Positions 15,869-26,849 of a stretch of 44,178 bases of DNA are shown here, one piece after another. The notes beneath the pieces were generated by a model that was not told the origin of the DNA, ran no database searches, and saw nothing but the letters and a program-made list of their open reading frames with translations. Both the position numbers and the translations under genes were made by a program. This stretch comes from Hadesarchaea archaeon (lineage in GTDB: Archaea > Hadarchaeota > Hadarchaeia > Hadarchaeales > Hadarchaeaceae). Each line of letters begins with the position of its first letter. Positions within the stretch are counted from its first letter, which is position 1. Location of the stretch: NCBI GenBank assembly GCA_004375695.1, contig SOKQ01000037.1:1-44178 (forward strand). Direction: 5' to 3'.

Positions 15869-18346
15869 TTATTTTTCAGATGAGTAAGAAGGTTGAATCT
15901 TGGCCCGCCTCAACAGATTAGCGTTGCTCACCACGCTCACCGAACTCGTCGCCATCGCCAGCTCCGCTATGACTGGGTGGAGCAGCCCGAAGATCGCAAG
16001 GGGTATCGCCGCCGTGTTATAGCCGAATGCCCAGAAGAGGTTCTGTTTGATCTTGCGGAACGTCGCCCGGGAGAGCTTTGTCGCGCTGACCACGCTCGAG
16101 AGGTCGCCGCGCACTAGGATGACGTCGCCAGCCTCGATTGCGATATCGGTGCCCGTACCGATCGCGATTCCAACGTTCGCTTGGGTAAGTGCGGGAGCAT
16201 CATTGATTCCATCCCCCACCATCGCCACCATCCCGACCTCCCCTTGCAGGCGCTTGATTTCTGCAACCTTCTGATCGGGCAGTACTTCCGAGAGCACGCG
16301 GTCAATGCCGACCTGTCGTGCGATGGCGTTGGCAGTGCGAGGGTTGTCGCCGGTAATCATGACCGACTTGAGCCCCATCTTGTGTAGCTCTTTGATCGCC
16401 TGCACCGAGTCTTCCTTCAGCGTGTCGGCCACCGCGCAGACCCCAGCGAGCTTCTTACCCGAAGCGACGAGTACGGCGGTCTTGCCCTCGTCTTCAAGGC
16501 GCTTCAGTTCACCCTCAAGTGGATCGACGTTTATACCGGCCTCCTTCAGTAAGAGCCGATTTCCAACCAAGATTTGCTTTCCATCGATGGTGGCTCGAAC
16601 GCCCTTCCCTCTCACCGCCTTGAATCCCTTGAGCTTCGCGGGCTCGACCTTCTTGGCGCGTGCTCCCTCAACTATGGCCTTGGCGATAGGGTGCTCGGAG
16701 CCAGCCTCGACACTCGCTGCCAGCCTCAGGACCTCGTGCTGAGCGAAATCCTTTGTCGTGACGACATCGGTCAGTGCTGGCTTTCCTTGGGTGATGGTGC
16801 CTGTCTTATCGAAGACGATCGTGTGCACGTCCTTGAGCGTCTGAATTGCCTCACCCTTACGGATTATGATCCCGTTTTCTGCACCCAAGCCGCTCCCGAC
16901 CATCAGCGTGGTAGGCGTCGCCAGACCAAGGGCGCAGGGGCAGGCGATGACGAGTACGGCGACCGTGGCGAAGATTGCGAGGGTGAACATACCCAACGTT
17001 GGGTCAACCCAAGGTAGGAACGATTGTGCCCAGTTGGCGATTCCCCCTATGAAACCCGGCACGACCATCCACAGAATGAAAGTCGCCGTAGCGATCAGCA
17101 ACACGGCTGGCACAAAAAAGCCGGTGACCTTGTCCGCGAATTCCTGAATTGGAACCTTGGTCCCTTGGCACTCTTCAACCATTTTAATTACTTGGGCGAG
17201 GAAGGTGTCTTTTCCGACTTTCGTGGCCTTGATCTTGAGCAGGCCATCTTGGTTGACCGTGGCGCCTATAGCCTCGCTCCCCTTCTTTTTATGCACGGGC
17301 ATTGACTCGCCCGTCGCCATCGACTCGTCGACTGCACTTTCACCCCCAATGACCACCCCATCGGTCGGGATTTTCTCGCCTGGGCGTACGATTATCACAT
17401 CGTCGACCTTCACTTCCTCGATTGGAACTTCCTTCTCCTTGTCCTTAACGAGAATGCGCGCAGATTTGGCTTCGAGCATTAGAAGCTTCTTAATAGCTTG
17501 GGATGCCCTACCCTTGGCCTTGGTCTCGACGTATCTGCCGGTGAGATTGAATGCCATAATCATCGCGGCAACGCCGGAGTAGTTCAGGATGGGAATTCCG
17601 AAGAATATGGGTGGACCAGTGAGGAAGGCTATTGTAGTTCCCATGGCAATGAGAACATCCATATTAGTAGATTTATGATAAATCGTTTTTGCAGCTGCAC
17701 GAAGCGTTGGTAGGCCCACCCAGAAAATCACAGGCACGGCGAGCAGGATAATCCCCAAATTGTAAATTTCCCAGTTCGGCCAGGTCACGCCGAAAATCAT
17801 CTCGGGGAGCATCCAGAGGATGATAGGGATGGTGAAGCCCCATGCCACCAACATACGCACTCGAGCTCGCTGCATCTCTACCAATGATTTGTCGACTTCC
17901 TTCTCCTCGCTTATATCGTAGCCAACACTTTGGACGGTCTTTCGGAGGTCCATCAGCGTCGCAACTTCGGGGGCGTATTCAACCGTTGCCTTTTCGGTCG
18001 CAAAATTGACACTGGCACGGCGAACTCCTTTCACGCTTTTAAGCGCTTTCTCGATCTTGGCCGCGCATGAAGCGCAGGTCATCCCAGTGAGCTTGAGGCT
18101 TATCTCGCGGGTTCGTTCGTCCTCATGCGTGATGCCTATGGGTTCATAACCTGTCCCCCGAATGGTTTCCCCGATTTTTTTGATGCTGATCTTTTTAGAA
18201 TCGTATTCCACAATGCCTTTCTCAGTAGCGACGTTGACGTTCGCACTGATAACCCCCGGCTGCTTTTTCAGAGCCTTCTCGATGGTTTTGCCACAGCTCA
18301 CGCAGCGCATACCAGAAATCTGGATGGTGGTCTTCTTTTTGCCCAT
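15869..18346 (-). CDS. copA: copper-translocating P1B-type ATPase
   Basis: 825 aa. Has two N-terminal HMA domains ([20 protein letters not shown]), the CPC transmembrane motif ([11 protein letters not shown]), the phosphorylation site DKTGTIT, plus HP and GDGINDAP motifs. Confidence 0.95.
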   Translation of the reverse strand: MGKKKTTIQISGMRCVSCGKTIEKALKKQPGVISANVNVATEKGIVEYDSKKISIKKIGETIRGTGYEPIGITHEDERTREISLKLTGMTCASCAAKIEKALKSVKGVRRASVNFATEKATVEYAPEVATLMDLRKTVQSVGYDISEEKEVDKSLVEMQRARVRMLVAWGFTIPIILWMLPEMIFGVTWPNWEIYNLGIILLAVPVIFWVGLPTLRAAAKTIYHKSTNMDVLIAMGTTIAFLTGPPIFFGIPILNYSGVAAMIMAFNLTGRYVETKAKGRASQAIKKLLMLEAKSARILVKDKEKEVPIEEVKVDDVIIVRPGEKIPTDGVVIGGESAVDESMATGESMPVHKKKGSEAIGATVNQDGLLKIKATKVGKDTFLAQVIKMVEECQGTKVPIQEFADKVTGFFVPAVLLIATATFILWMVVPGFIGGIANWAQSFLPWVDPTLGMFTLAIFATVAVLVIACPCALGLATPTTLMVGSGLGAENGIIIRKGEAIQTLKDVHTIVFDKTGTITQGKPALTDVVTTKDFAQHEVLRLAASVEAGSEHPIAKAIVEGARAKKVEPAKLKGFKAVRGKGVRATIDGKQILVGNRLLLKEAGINVDPLEGELKRLEDEGKTAVLVASGKKLAGVCAVADTLKEDSVQAIKELHKMGLKSVMITGDNPRTANAIARQVGIDRVLSEVLPDQKVAEIKRLQGEVGMVAMVGDGINDAPALTQANVGIAIGTGTDIAIEAGDVILVRGDLSSVVSATKLSRATFRKIKQNLFWAFGYNTAAIPLAIFGLLHPVIAELAMATSSVSVVSNANLLRRAKIQPSYSSEK

Positions 18347-18460
18347 GTGGACTATGTGAATATTATGATGTTATAATGTAAAAAATTAGGTGAACCTCAG
18401 CAAGCGGAAATGGGTCACTTAGCTTATATGGGTGTAAAAACTCCATTTCAAGGTGAGAAA

Positions 18461-19393
18461 ATGGAACATTGGGATTTAATCGTCATCGGAGCGGGGCCAG
18501 CTGGACTAACCGCCGGCATATACGGCATTCGAAGCGGACTTAAAACCCTAATCCTCGAGGAGAAAATTCCTGGGGGGGCGGCCGCAGAATGTCCCCTTAT
18601 TGAAAACTATCCAGGTTTTCCCTCCATCAGCGGTCAAGAGTTGATTAGCAAAATGGTGGAACATTGCAAGAAATTAGGGGCACCGATTAATCAACTCGAG
18701 AAGGTCGTTGAGCTGGACATCAAAGGTGAGAAAAAGGTGATGAAAACCGAAAGAACCACATACACGGCTTCCGCGATCATCATCGCTTCTGGCTGCCATC
18801 ACCAGGAGCTCGGGGTGCCTGGCGAAAGCGAGTTTCGCGGCAGGGGGGTCAGCTATTGCGCGGTTTGCGATGGTGCCTTCTTCAAAGGTAAAAGGGTAAT
18901 CGTTGTGGGCGGAGGAAATTCGGCAGCTGTTTCTGCTATATTCCTATCGAACCTAGCGTCTGAAGTTAAGTTGGCCCACCGAAGAGTTCGACTGAGGGCG
19001 GAGGAAGCTCTCGTAAAAGATTTGGGGGGGCGAAAGGTGAAGGTCCTGTGGAATACGGAGCTCAAGGAAATTAAGGGCGACACCAAGGTTAAGAGCGTCC
19101 GCCTGTTCGACAACAAAAATGGCGGGACCAAAGAAGTGAAAATCGACGGCGTATTCATCCAGGCGGGGGAAATCCCCAACAGCCAAATCGCAAGGGAAGC
19201 AGGAGTAAAGGTGGACGATAGCGGCTACATCATCGTGGACGAGCAACAGAGAACTAACGTTCGAGGCGTGTATGCCGCAGGCGACGTGACTGCAGGTCGC
19301 GTGAAACAGGTGGGAGTGGCTGTTGGGCAAGCAATCGAGGCGGTTATCGATGCCTTTGGTTGCATTAAGAAGCCCTATTACTACAAGGGCTGA
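18461..19393 (+). CDS. trxB: thioredoxin-disulfide reductase
   Basis: Start placed at ATG 18461 (MEHWDLIVIGAGPAG, FAD motif), with GGTGAG 3 nt upstream. Has the redox CAVCDG and the second dinucleotide motif VVGGGNSA. Confidence 0.9.
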   Translation: MEHWDLIVIGAGPAGLTAGIYGIRSGLKTLILEEKIPGGAAAECPLIENYPGFPSISGQELISKMVEHCKKLGAPINQLEKVVELDIKGEKKVMKTERTTYTASAIIIASGCHHQELGVPGESEFRGRGVSYCAVCDGAFFKGKRVIVVGGGNSAAVSAIFLSNLASEVKLAHRRVRLRAEEALVKDLGGRKVKVLWNTELKEIKGDTKVKSVRLFDNKNGGTKEVKIDGVFIQAGEIPNSQIAREAGVKVDDSGYIIVDEQQRTNVRGVYAAGDVTAGRVKQVGVAVGQAIEAVIDAFGCIKKPYYYKG

Positions 19394-19641
19394 TCTAACC
19401 AGCGAACTAAAGATGGCGTGCTCATGGCCGCTAAGCTGCTTGAGTTAATGTCGCTCGAACGGAAGCTGCTCTCAAAAATTTTTGCTGAAAAGGCTCGTAG
19501 TTGAGGGGCGCGTCAAAGCTGAGATGGAGGAACTCAAAAAGATAGGACTTTATGACATTCGCGGATTTTTGAATAAGTAAAATCGTGCAAAAGGCGTGAT
19601 GTTTTAAAGCGAGCCGTTGAAATTAATGTGGAGGTAGGCGA

Positions 19642-19875
19642 ATGGTGGATGCGTATAGCTTAATATCTGCCGAACCGGGAAAGACGGCAGAGGTTTTCCG
19701 GAGGATCAAATCTATCGAGGGCATCAAGAAGGCGGAGACCGTCGCGGGCCCCTATGATATCGTCGCTCGGATTGAGATCGACTCGCTCGAACAGTTGACC
19801 AAAATTATTTTTGGCGAAATTCGGAGCACCCCAGGCGTCACTAATACTACGACGCTGATCGTGGTAGGGTTGTAA
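19642..19875 (+). CDS. stand-alone Lrp/AsnC-type ligand-binding (RAM) domain protein
   Basis: 77 aa. The pattern AYSLISAEPGKTAEVFRRIKSIEGIKKAETVAGPYDIVARIE is typical of the AsnC_trans_reg domain without a helix-turn-helix. Confidence 0.65.
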   Translation: MVDAYSLISAEPGKTAEVFRRIKSIEGIKKAETVAGPYDIVARIEIDSLEQLTKIIFGEIRSTPGVTNTTTLIVVGL

Positions 19876-20441
19876 TGGCTCTTGAGATAATCGGTATCGT
19901 CGGACTTCACGGTTCTGGGAAGAGCGAGGTGGCTAAGGCTCTTTCTGAATTTGATGTCACGAGTATTCGGATGGGCGACATTGTCTGGGAGGAAGTCAAG
20001 CGCCGGGGTCAAGAGATCAACGAATCGACCGTCGCGGCAGTTGCGAACGAGTTCAGGAAGCGTGAGGGCTTGGGCGTGATTGCCAAGCGATGTGTCCCGC
20101 TGATTGAGTCTCGGGGGAAGGGAAAGCAGGCAGTCGTCGTTGATGGAATTCGTGGTATAGCTGAGGTTGACGAGTTCCGCCGCTCCTTCGGCGACAGCTT
20201 TCATTTACTTGCGGTTTGGGCGAGCGAACACACCCGCTATTCCCGCGTTGCCTCCCGAGGGAGAGTCGACGATGTGATAGAGTTAAAATCATTTCGAAAG
20301 AAGGACCGCCGTGAGCTCAGCTGGGGTTTGGGTGAGGCGTTCGCGCTCGCAGATTTCATCATTGTGAACGAGGGAACACTCGATGAACTTCATAATCGTG
20401 CGGTCAAACTTTTTGAGAACTTGGTTGGTGGCAAGGCTTGA
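19875..20441 (+). CDS. P-loop nucleotide kinase-like protein (archaeal UPF0200 / dephospho-CoA-kinase-like)
   Basis: 188 aa with Walker A GLHGSGKS at the N-terminus. Overlaps the upstream gene by 1 nt and the downstream UPF0201-like gene by 4 nt. Confidence 0.6.
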   Translation: MALEIIGIVGLHGSGKSEVAKALSEFDVTSIRMGDIVWEEVKRRGQEINESTVAAVANEFRKREGLGVIAKRCVPLIESRGKGKQAVVVDGIRGIAEVDEFRRSFGDSFHLLAVWASEHTRYSRVASRGRVDDVIELKSFRKKDRRELSWGLGEAFALADFIIVNEGTLDELHNRAVKLFENLVGGKA

Positions 20442-20842
20442 GGTTGCTGGTCGAGGTCGAGGTAAAGCCGACTGAAGATAAGGAAAAGGTTGAAGCAGCG
20501 GTAAAGAAAATATTTCCCACCCTTGAGCTCAGCCAAAATGAAAATTCACTAGTTGGGAAATCCGTCCGCGCGGAGTCGCTTGACCGATTGCATCAGCTTT
20601 TGAGAGGACAAGCCATCCGTGACTCAGCCCGCTCAGTGATGCTCCGAGGCAGGCGAGGAAATTTGGTACAATTCATGTTAAATAAGCAGGTGGCTTTCGT
20701 CGGGAAAGTGAGCTTTACTGGAGGCGAGTCCCCGCTAGGCCCCATCGTCGTGACGCTGGAGGCTCCGGACATCGAACGTTTGATTGATTACCTCGCTCCT
20801 CGAACGCGGGAGGAAAAGCCCATCCGCGAGATCAGATATTGA
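20438..20842 (+). CDS. UPF0201 / COG1931 putative RNA-binding protein
   Basis: 134 aa. The N-terminus VEVEVKPTEDKEKVEAAVKKIFP and its pairing with a UPF0200-like gene are typical of euryarchaea. Assigned from memory of the family. Confidence 0.55.
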   Translation: MRLLVEVEVKPTEDKEKVEAAVKKIFPTLELSQNENSLVGKSVRAESLDRLHQLLRGQAIRDSARSVMLRGRRGNLVQFMLNKQVAFVGKVSFTGGESPLGPIVVTLEAPDIERLIDYLAPRTREEKPIREIRY

Positions 20843-21215
20843 CAAACAGCGCAAGCAGGGCTCCCAGCAAGTAGTATCCGATGGCATTATAGCCCTCGAA
20901 CAGAAAAATTTTTGTTACGAGTTTAGGGGGCTTTCGTTTTAAAAACCTCCAAGGTCTGACCCCACGATTCATCAGGTAAAGCTCGAGGGGGTCTATAACC
21001 GCGAGTACGAATAGGATCAAAAGTAAAGCCGTCAAGAAGTCCGAGAACCAGCAGATGATGAAGCCAGCTGGCAGGTATCCAACCCACCGTTCGACCGTTC
21101 CAAGCTTCGCGTGGCTTATCGGAACGCGAACTCCAAGTGAGCGGTAATACGTCACGATTTGCTTGAGCGCGAAGACATCGATGATTGGGAGCAGCCAGAG
21201 CAATACTTGTAACAT
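20832..21215 (-). CDS. hypothetical integral membrane protein
   Basis: 127 aa with 3-4 hydrophobic segments and no recognisable motif. Confidence 0.4.
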   Translation of the reverse strand: MLQVLLWLLPIIDVFALKQIVTYYRSLGVRVPISHAKLGTVERWVGYLPAGFIICWFSDFLTALLLILFVLAVIDPLELYLMNRGVRPWRFLKRKPPKLVTKIFLFEGYNAIGYYLLGALLALFVNI

Positions 21216-21265
21216 ATAAAAAACTTAAATTTGATTGTAAATGTATCTAGTGGGGAGGGTCGGGT

Positions 21266-22108
21266 GTGTACAAGATAATCACTAAAAGGGAAATAGCCCC
21301 GAATATCATTTCATTAGAAGTCGCTGCCCCGCTGATCGCAAAGAGGGTCAAGCCGGGACAGTTTATAATTTTGTTGGTCGATGAAAGAGGGGAACGAATT
21401 CCAGTGACCATTGCCGACTACAATCGAGAAAATGGGCGGATACGAATTATATTCCAAGTAGTAGGTAAGACTACAGCTCAGCTCTCTCAAATGAATGAGG
21501 GGGATGAACTTTTTGCGCTTGTCGGGCCCCTAGGCAATCCATCCGAAATCGACAATTATGGAACCGTGGTAACCGTGGGGGGAGGAACGGGTATCGCCAG
21601 CGTATACCCCATAACACGGGAACTAAAAGAAGCTGGCAACCGGGTCATCTCGATCATCGGCGCAAAAACAAGAGATTTGATTATCATGGAAGATGAGATA
21701 AGAAAAGCCTCCACTGAGCTTTTGGTTACTACCGATGACGGAAGTTACGCGAGGAAGGGTTTCGTAACGGAGATTTTAGATGAAGTGTTGCAAAAGGAGA
21801 AGGACGTGAAAAAAGTGTGGGCCATTGGTCCTGCCCCAATGATGAAGGCCGCATCTGAGGTTACTAAGCCGCATGGGATAGAAACAATCGTCAGCTTGAA
21901 CGCTATCATGGTGGACGGAACGGGCATGTGCGGCTCATGCAGGGTTACCGTGAATGGTGAGACGAAGTTTGTCTGTGTGGATGGTCCAGAGTTCAATGGA
22001 CACTTGGTTGACTGGCCAGAGTTCATGAACCGACTAGCGCGATATGAGAAGATGGAAAAACACTCTTTCGAAGCTTACAGAAAAGTATGTGGGGAAGAAA
22101 ATGGCTGA
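21266..22108 (+). CDS. nfnA: ferredoxin-NADP reductase-like small subunit (NfnA / SudB type)
   Basis: 280 aa. Has an FAD/NAD-binding FNR-like fold (GGGTGIASVYP) and a C-terminal [2Fe-2S] Cys cluster (GTGMCGSCRV...FVCVDGPEF). Confidence 0.85.
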   Translation: MYKIITKREIAPNIISLEVAAPLIAKRVKPGQFIILLVDERGERIPVTIADYNRENGRIRIIFQVVGKTTAQLSQMNEGDELFALVGPLGNPSEIDNYGTVVTVGGGTGIASVYPITRELKEAGNRVISIIGAKTRDLIIMEDEIRKASTELLVTTDDGSYARKGFVTEILDEVLQKEKDVKKVWAIGPAPMMKAASEVTKPHGIETIVSLNAIMVDGTGMCGSCRVTVNGETKFVCVDGPEFNGHLVDWPEFMNRLARYEKMEKHSFEAYRKVCGEENG

Positions 22109-23537
22109 AATGATACCCACCCCTGAGCGAATGAAAAGGTCTCAGCGCCCGATGCCCGAGCAAGATCCTAAAAAAAGGGTCTGCAATTTTGACGAAGTGC
22201 CGCTAGGATACACTACCGAAGACGCCATCTACGAGGCGCAGAGGTGTTTGCAATGTAAACCTGCGCCATGTGTGGAGGGCTGTCCGGCTGAGATTCACAT
22301 CCCCCAGTTCATCCTTAAGATAGTTGAGGAGGGTTTCGCTAGCGCATATCTTGAAATATTAAAAACAAATAGCCTCCCCACCATGTGTGGAAGGGTTTGT
22401 CCACAGGAGGAACAATGCCAGCGCGCATGTGTTTATAATAAAATGGGCAAGCCGATTTCCATAGGGAGGCTGGAACGTTTTGTCTCCGATTGGGCGAGAA
22501 AACATGATACAAAGGAGAAATTGCCGGATAGTAAAAAGAAGAGTAAACTGGTTGCGGTGGTGGGTTCTGGACCAGCCGGGTTGACTTGTGCAGCAGACCT
22601 AGCGAAGATGGGTTATGATGTAACGATATTCGAGGCGCTTCATAAAACGGGAGGTGTTTTAACTTATGGCATTCCTGAGTTCAGATTACCTAAAAAAATT
22701 GTGGGATATGAAGTAGACAAAATTAAAGATCTTGGCGTGAAAATCGTAACAGATTTCGTGGTGGGGCTTACAAAAGGCGTCGATGAACTAGCTGGGGAGT
22801 TTGACGCAATATTTCTCGCGAACGGCGCTGGCGCACCCCAGTTTATGCACATCCCTGGGGAAAATTTAAACGACGTATATTCTGCCAACGAATTCCTGAC
22901 ACGTTCTAATCTCATGAAGGCTTACAAATTTCCCGAATTTGACACACCCATCAAGGCGGGTAAAAAAGTGGTTGTCATAGGGGGCGGGAATGTGGCTATG
23001 GATGCCGCGAGGACCGCTTTGAGGCTGGGTGCGAAGGATGTGCATGTGGTTTACAGAAGGACCAAAGAAGAGGCGCCAGCTAGGGCGGAAGAAATTGCCC
23101 ATGCTGAGGAAGAGGGTATAGTGTTCGATTTTCTTACTCTGCCCGTGAGGATTCTGGGTGATGAGAAGGGCAACGTTACCGGAATGGAATGTATTAAGAT
23201 GCGACTGGGAGAACCAGACGAATCTGGGCGAAGAAGACCGCTTCCCATCGAGGGATCGAATTTCGTCATGCAAGTGGACATGGTTATCTGCGCAATTGGG
23301 ACGGCAGCGAATCCTATCGTTGCGAGAAGTGCAACTAGCGTACAAACAAACAAACGTGGATATTTTATAGTAGATGAAAAAACGCGTGCAACAAGCAGAG
23401 AAGGGATATTCGCAGGAGGAGATATCACTCGTGGGTCGGCGACGGTGATTTCAGCGATAGGGGATGGGAAAAAAGCTGCTAGGGCTATAGACCGCTATCT
23501 TTCTTCAGGCGGCAGCTTGAGGAAAAGTAAAAAATAA
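22101..23537 (+). CDS. nfnB: glutamate synthase small-chain-like NADPH oxidoreductase (NfnB / SudA / GltD type)
   Basis: Start placed at ATG 22101, overlapping the nfnA stop by 8 nt. Has N-terminal Fe-S Cys motifs (CLQCKPAPCVEGCP, CGRVCPQEEQCQRAC) and two dinucleotide motifs (VVGSGPAGL, VIGGGNVAMD). Confidence 0.85.
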   Translation: MAEMIPTPERMKRSQRPMPEQDPKKRVCNFDEVPLGYTTEDAIYEAQRCLQCKPAPCVEGCPAEIHIPQFILKIVEEGFASAYLEILKTNSLPTMCGRVCPQEEQCQRACVYNKMGKPISIGRLERFVSDWARKHDTKEKLPDSKKKSKLVAVVGSGPAGLTCAADLAKMGYDVTIFEALHKTGGVLTYGIPEFRLPKKIVGYEVDKIKDLGVKIVTDFVVGLTKGVDELAGEFDAIFLANGAGAPQFMHIPGENLNDVYSANEFLTRSNLMKAYKFPEFDTPIKAGKKVVVIGGGNVAMDAARTALRLGAKDVHVVYRRTKEEAPARAEEIAHAEEEGIVFDFLTLPVRILGDEKGNVTGMECIKMRLGEPDESGRRRPLPIEGSNFVMQVDMVICAIGTAANPIVARSATSVQTNKRGYFIVDEKTRATSREGIFAGGDITRGSATVISAIGDGKKAARAIDRYLSSGGSLRKSKK

Positions 23538-23706
23538 TAATTTCGCCAACATTCTCTCCGTATTTTTTTAAGGAGCATGGAATGAGGATTAAAGAATAAT
23601 TAATGCCGTGCGTAAAAATTAAGGTTCTAGCGCGTTAGGCGATGTGGTCGACCTTTTTATAGAGCTTCCTTTGGAAACGGTGTTTTAATCCATTATTAAC
23701 TATAAA

Positions 23707-24966
23707 CTAAATCCAACCACGAGTTTTCATTGCGTCAGCAACTCTCTTAACAGCGACTACGTAAGCAGCCTGTCGCATGTTTACATTGTATTCTTTAGAA
23801 GCTTTCAGTACCGAAGAATACGCAGCCGTTATTTTATTCTTTAAACGTTCGTGAACTTCTTTTTCACTCCAATAATACATGTAGAAATTCTGCACCATCT
23901 CAAAGTAGGAAACTGTTACTCCGCCAGCATTGCATAAGAAATCAGGTATCACATGAACACCATTTTTGTATAAAATATCATCAGCTTCCGGTGTAGTTGG
24001 ACCATTGGCCAACTCAGCAACGATTTTGGCTTTGATATTTGGCGCATTCTTTCCAGTGATAACATTTTCTAAAGCAGCAGGGATGAGTATATCCACTTCG
24101 AGCTCTAGGAGTTTTTCATTGGAAATAGGTTTAGTATTTGGGAAATTAATTACTGAACGTGTCTTAGCCTTGTGCTCACGAACTGCCTCCGAGTCAAGAC
24201 CCTCCTTGCTGAATATACCGCCCTTGCTATCGCTTACAGCAACTATCTTAGATCCGAAAAGAGTTTTGGCAAGATATGCTGCATAATACCCCGCATTACC
24301 GTAACCTTGCACGGCAATAGTAGCTTTCTTAAGGTCTATCCCGCAAACTTTTGCCGCTTCACGAACTGTGTGTAGACCACCCCGGGCTGTTGCATCACCG
24401 CGTCCGGCAGAACCACCTACGCCGAGTGGTTTACCGGTGACGACACCAAATCGATTTTTTCCAGCGATTTTTGAGTATTCGTCCATCATCCAAGCCATTA
24501 CCTGAGGGTTGGTGTAGACATCGGGTGCGGGAATGTCTTTATCCGGACCAATAAATTGCCCCACCTGATTTATGTATGCCCGACTCAAACGTTCCAACTC
24601 ACCTTGGGACATTTCTTTAGGGTTGCAGATTACCCCACCTTTTGCCCCCCCAAGAGGCAAGTCAAGAAGAGCACATTTCCATGTCATCCAAGCTGCAAGT
24701 GCCCGCACTGTATCGATTGTTTCATCGGGATGGAATCGAATTCCTCCTTTTGTTGGGCCTCTCGCATCATTGTATTGAACCCTGAACCCCTGGAATACTT
24801 TGATAGAGCCGTCATCCATGCGGATCGGCAAGGATACGTGAAGTTCACGCATCGGGACTCGAAGGATTTCATGTACATTAGGGTCTAACTTTAGAATCTT
24901 TGCACACTTATCCAACTGTTTTTGCACGACCTCGAACGGGTTAAGTTTTGTCATTTCTTTTGTCAC
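23707..24966 (-). CDS. gdhA: glutamate dehydrogenase
   Basis: 419 aa. Has the Glu/Leu/Phe/Val dehydrogenase active-site region (LPLGGAKGG) and the NAD(P) motif VQGYGNAG. Confidence 0.95.
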   Translation of the reverse strand: MTKEMTKLNPFEVVQKQLDKCAKILKLDPNVHEILRVPMRELHVSLPIRMDDGSIKVFQGFRVQYNDARGPTKGGIRFHPDETIDTVRALAAWMTWKCALLDLPLGGAKGGVICNPKEMSQGELERLSRAYINQVGQFIGPDKDIPAPDVYTNPQVMAWMMDEYSKIAGKNRFGVVTGKPLGVGGSAGRGDATARGGLHTVREAAKVCGIDLKKATIAVQGYGNAGYYAAYLAKTLFGSKIVAVSDSKGGIFSKEGLDSEAVREHKAKTRSVINFPNTKPISNEKLLELEVDILIPAALENVITGKNAPNIKAKIVAELANGPTTPEADDILYKNGVHVIPDFLCNAGGVTVSYFEMVQNFYMYYWSEKEVHERLKNKITAAYSSVLKASKEYNVNMRQAAYVVAVKRVADAMKTRGWI

Positions 24967-25225
24967 CTTCCCTAATTTTAATCTAAATATTTTTTTACCT
25001 CGAATATTTATGAATTGGCTTTCCTATATCCTTTATCATGAAAGAAATAAATAGCACTGCGCTACAGGAACGTTATGAATTAGGGGGGCGGGCGCATACA
25101 AGAAATAAAGTTAAGGAGGTAATTCTATCAAACAGGAAAAGTTATATTTCAGTTGTAAAAAAGTTTTTGAAATCGGGCAAAAAGGTATGAATATCCTTGG
25201 ACAAATCAGAAGAAGAGTATAATGG

Positions 25226-25750
25226 ATGGTGGGTGAGATTTTGAGACCAACAAAAGCTGAATATTATTTGGGGATTGCAAAAGCCGTATGTCTCAGATCT
25301 CCATGTTTGAGGAGAAAGTTTGGGGCTATCGTAGTCCGCGAGGATGTTGTGGTAAGCTCTGGATATAACGGCCCAGCCCGAGGAGTGATCAACTGCTCCG
25401 AGGTTGGTTGTATTAAAGATGAGCTAGATTTGCCCCACTACTCGAGCTATGATGAATGCCCGGGAGTCCACGCCGAAGAGAATGCAATCTTGAATGCAGC
25501 GAGGCATGGGGCAAACGTCCTAGGTGGAATTCTTTACGTTTTAGGGCAAAATGCGAATGGTTCGCTAACTGAAGCTAAACCGTGCAATAGATGCAAGCGG
25601 GTGATAATCAACGCGGGCATTAAAGAAGTTGTAATAAAAAAATCAGATGGAAGCATAGCAAAAATTGATGTCTCGGAATGGGCGAGCGAAGATACCAAAC
25701 GATACCTAGAGCGAATGGAAGAAGTTCGAAAAACAAAAAAGGGAAAATAA
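25226..25750 (+). CDS. dCMP deaminase (ComEB-type cytidine/deoxycytidylate deaminase)
   Basis: 174 aa with the zinc motifs HAEENAI and PCNRCKRVI. Confidence 0.85.
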   Translation: MVGEILRPTKAEYYLGIAKAVCLRSPCLRRKFGAIVVREDVVVSSGYNGPARGVINCSEVGCIKDELDLPHYSSYDECPGVHAEENAILNAARHGANVLGGILYVLGQNANGSLTEAKPCNRCKRVIINAGIKEVVIKKSDGSIAKIDVSEWASEDTKRYLERMEEVRKTKKGK

Positions 25751-25936
25751 TTCCAACAACCAAATTTTTCTCGCTTTTTGCCACCTTACCTGCAAAGTTT
25801 TGGGGAGGTGCTTTGAACTCCTAACCTCGCTCAAGATTTAAGCGAAAATTCAAATACCTGAAATTCGATTAAAATTGGGCGATGACGAGAAGAGGATTAT
25901 GCGACTTCAGATGAGCTAAACTTCCACCCGAGCCCT

Positions 25937-26848
25937 CTATTCTTGAAACTTCACATCGAGCTCCATCAGGTCGCGTGCCACGACGGTGTTAGAGAAAATT
26001 CGTTGTGCTTGTTTGAGGAGGATTGAATCATCTTTGTAGCGCGGACTCACGTGCAGGAGCACGAGTTGTTTCACGTTCGCCCGCTTGGCAACCTTGGCAG
26101 CCTCACTTGGGGTCGAGTGTGTGTTCTCCGCCGCTTTGTCCGCAAGTTCGTCGGAGAGCGTGCAGTCGTGAATGAGAACATCAGCATCGCGCGCGAGTTT
26201 GATGATACTCTCACATGGGCGGGTGTCACCAACATAAACAATCTTTCGTCCGGCTCGAGGGGGACCCATCACCTGCTCCGGTTTGACAACGCTCCCGTCG
26301 CGCAGTCTAATGCTTTTGCCTGACTTCAGGCGGGAGAAATCTGGGCCTGGTTTCACGCCTAACGCAACCGCTTTTTCAGGATAAAACTTGCCCGGGCGCT
26401 GGTCCTCAACCAAGGCGTAAGCAAGCGAGGGCACCGAGTGCTCGGCATCGGAAGTTAGGATGCGGTATCCCCGGCGTTTGACTTCCTCCTCCGGCTCCAG
26501 CTCGTGCACTGCTACCTCGAAGGTGAGGGTGTAGTGGGGAATTTGGAGGTATCTCTTAATGCGTTTACTCTCACCACGGGGACAGTAAACTTCGAGCTTT
26601 CGTTCTCGGTCCAGCAACGACATCGTCTGCACGAGCCCGGCGAGTCCAAGGAAGTGGTCGCCGTGCAAATGGGTTATGAAGATTGCGTTGATCTTTAGGG
26701 GACTGAGCTTTGCTCTGGTCATCTGGCGTTGCGTTCCCTCCGCGCAGTCGAAGAGCAGGAGTTCGCGTTCGTGCCGCAGGGCTATTGCGGGCAATCCTCG
26801 CTGGGGGGTTGGGATGCTTCCGCTGGTTCCTAGGAAGATGAGTTTCAC
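25937..26848 (-). CDS. rnz: ribonuclease Z (tRNA 3' endonuclease)
   Basis: 303 aa metallo-beta-lactamase fold. N-terminus MKLIFLGTSGSIPT and histidine motif ITHLHGDH. Confidence 0.9.
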   Translation of the reverse strand: MKLIFLGTSGSIPTPQRGLPAIALRHERELLLFDCAEGTQRQMTRAKLSPLKINAIFITHLHGDHFLGLAGLVQTMSLLDRERKLEVYCPRGESKRIKRYLQIPHYTLTFEVAVHELEPEEEVKRRGYRILTSDAEHSVPSLAYALVEDQRPGKFYPEKAVALGVKPGPDFSRLKSGKSIRLRDGSVVKPEQVMGPPRAGRKIVYVGDTRPCESIIKLARDADVLIHDCTLSDELADKAAENTHSTPSEAAKVAKRANVKQLVLLHVSPRYKDDSILLKQAQRIFSNTVVARDLMELDVKFQE

Positions 26849-26849
26849 C

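Noticed and set aside
19413-19580. Possible small frameshifted gene between trxB and the RAM-domain gene
   Set aside because: Two short helical-looking ORFs (MAAKLLELMSLERKLLSKIFAEKARS and ..VEGRVKAEMEELKKIGLYDIRGFLNK) could join through a 1-nt shift. I recognise no motif, SD site or family, so there is too little to call a gene or pseudogene.
25038-25190. 50-codon Lys-rich ORF upstream of the dCMP deaminase gene
   Set aside because: The region is AT-rich intergenic DNA where such ORFs arise by chance. No SD site or motif is seen.
25875-25925. C/D-box sRNA-like elements (GATGACG ... CAGATGAG)
   Set aside because: The boxes are imperfect, and no terminal CUGA D box or terminal stem is present on either strand.
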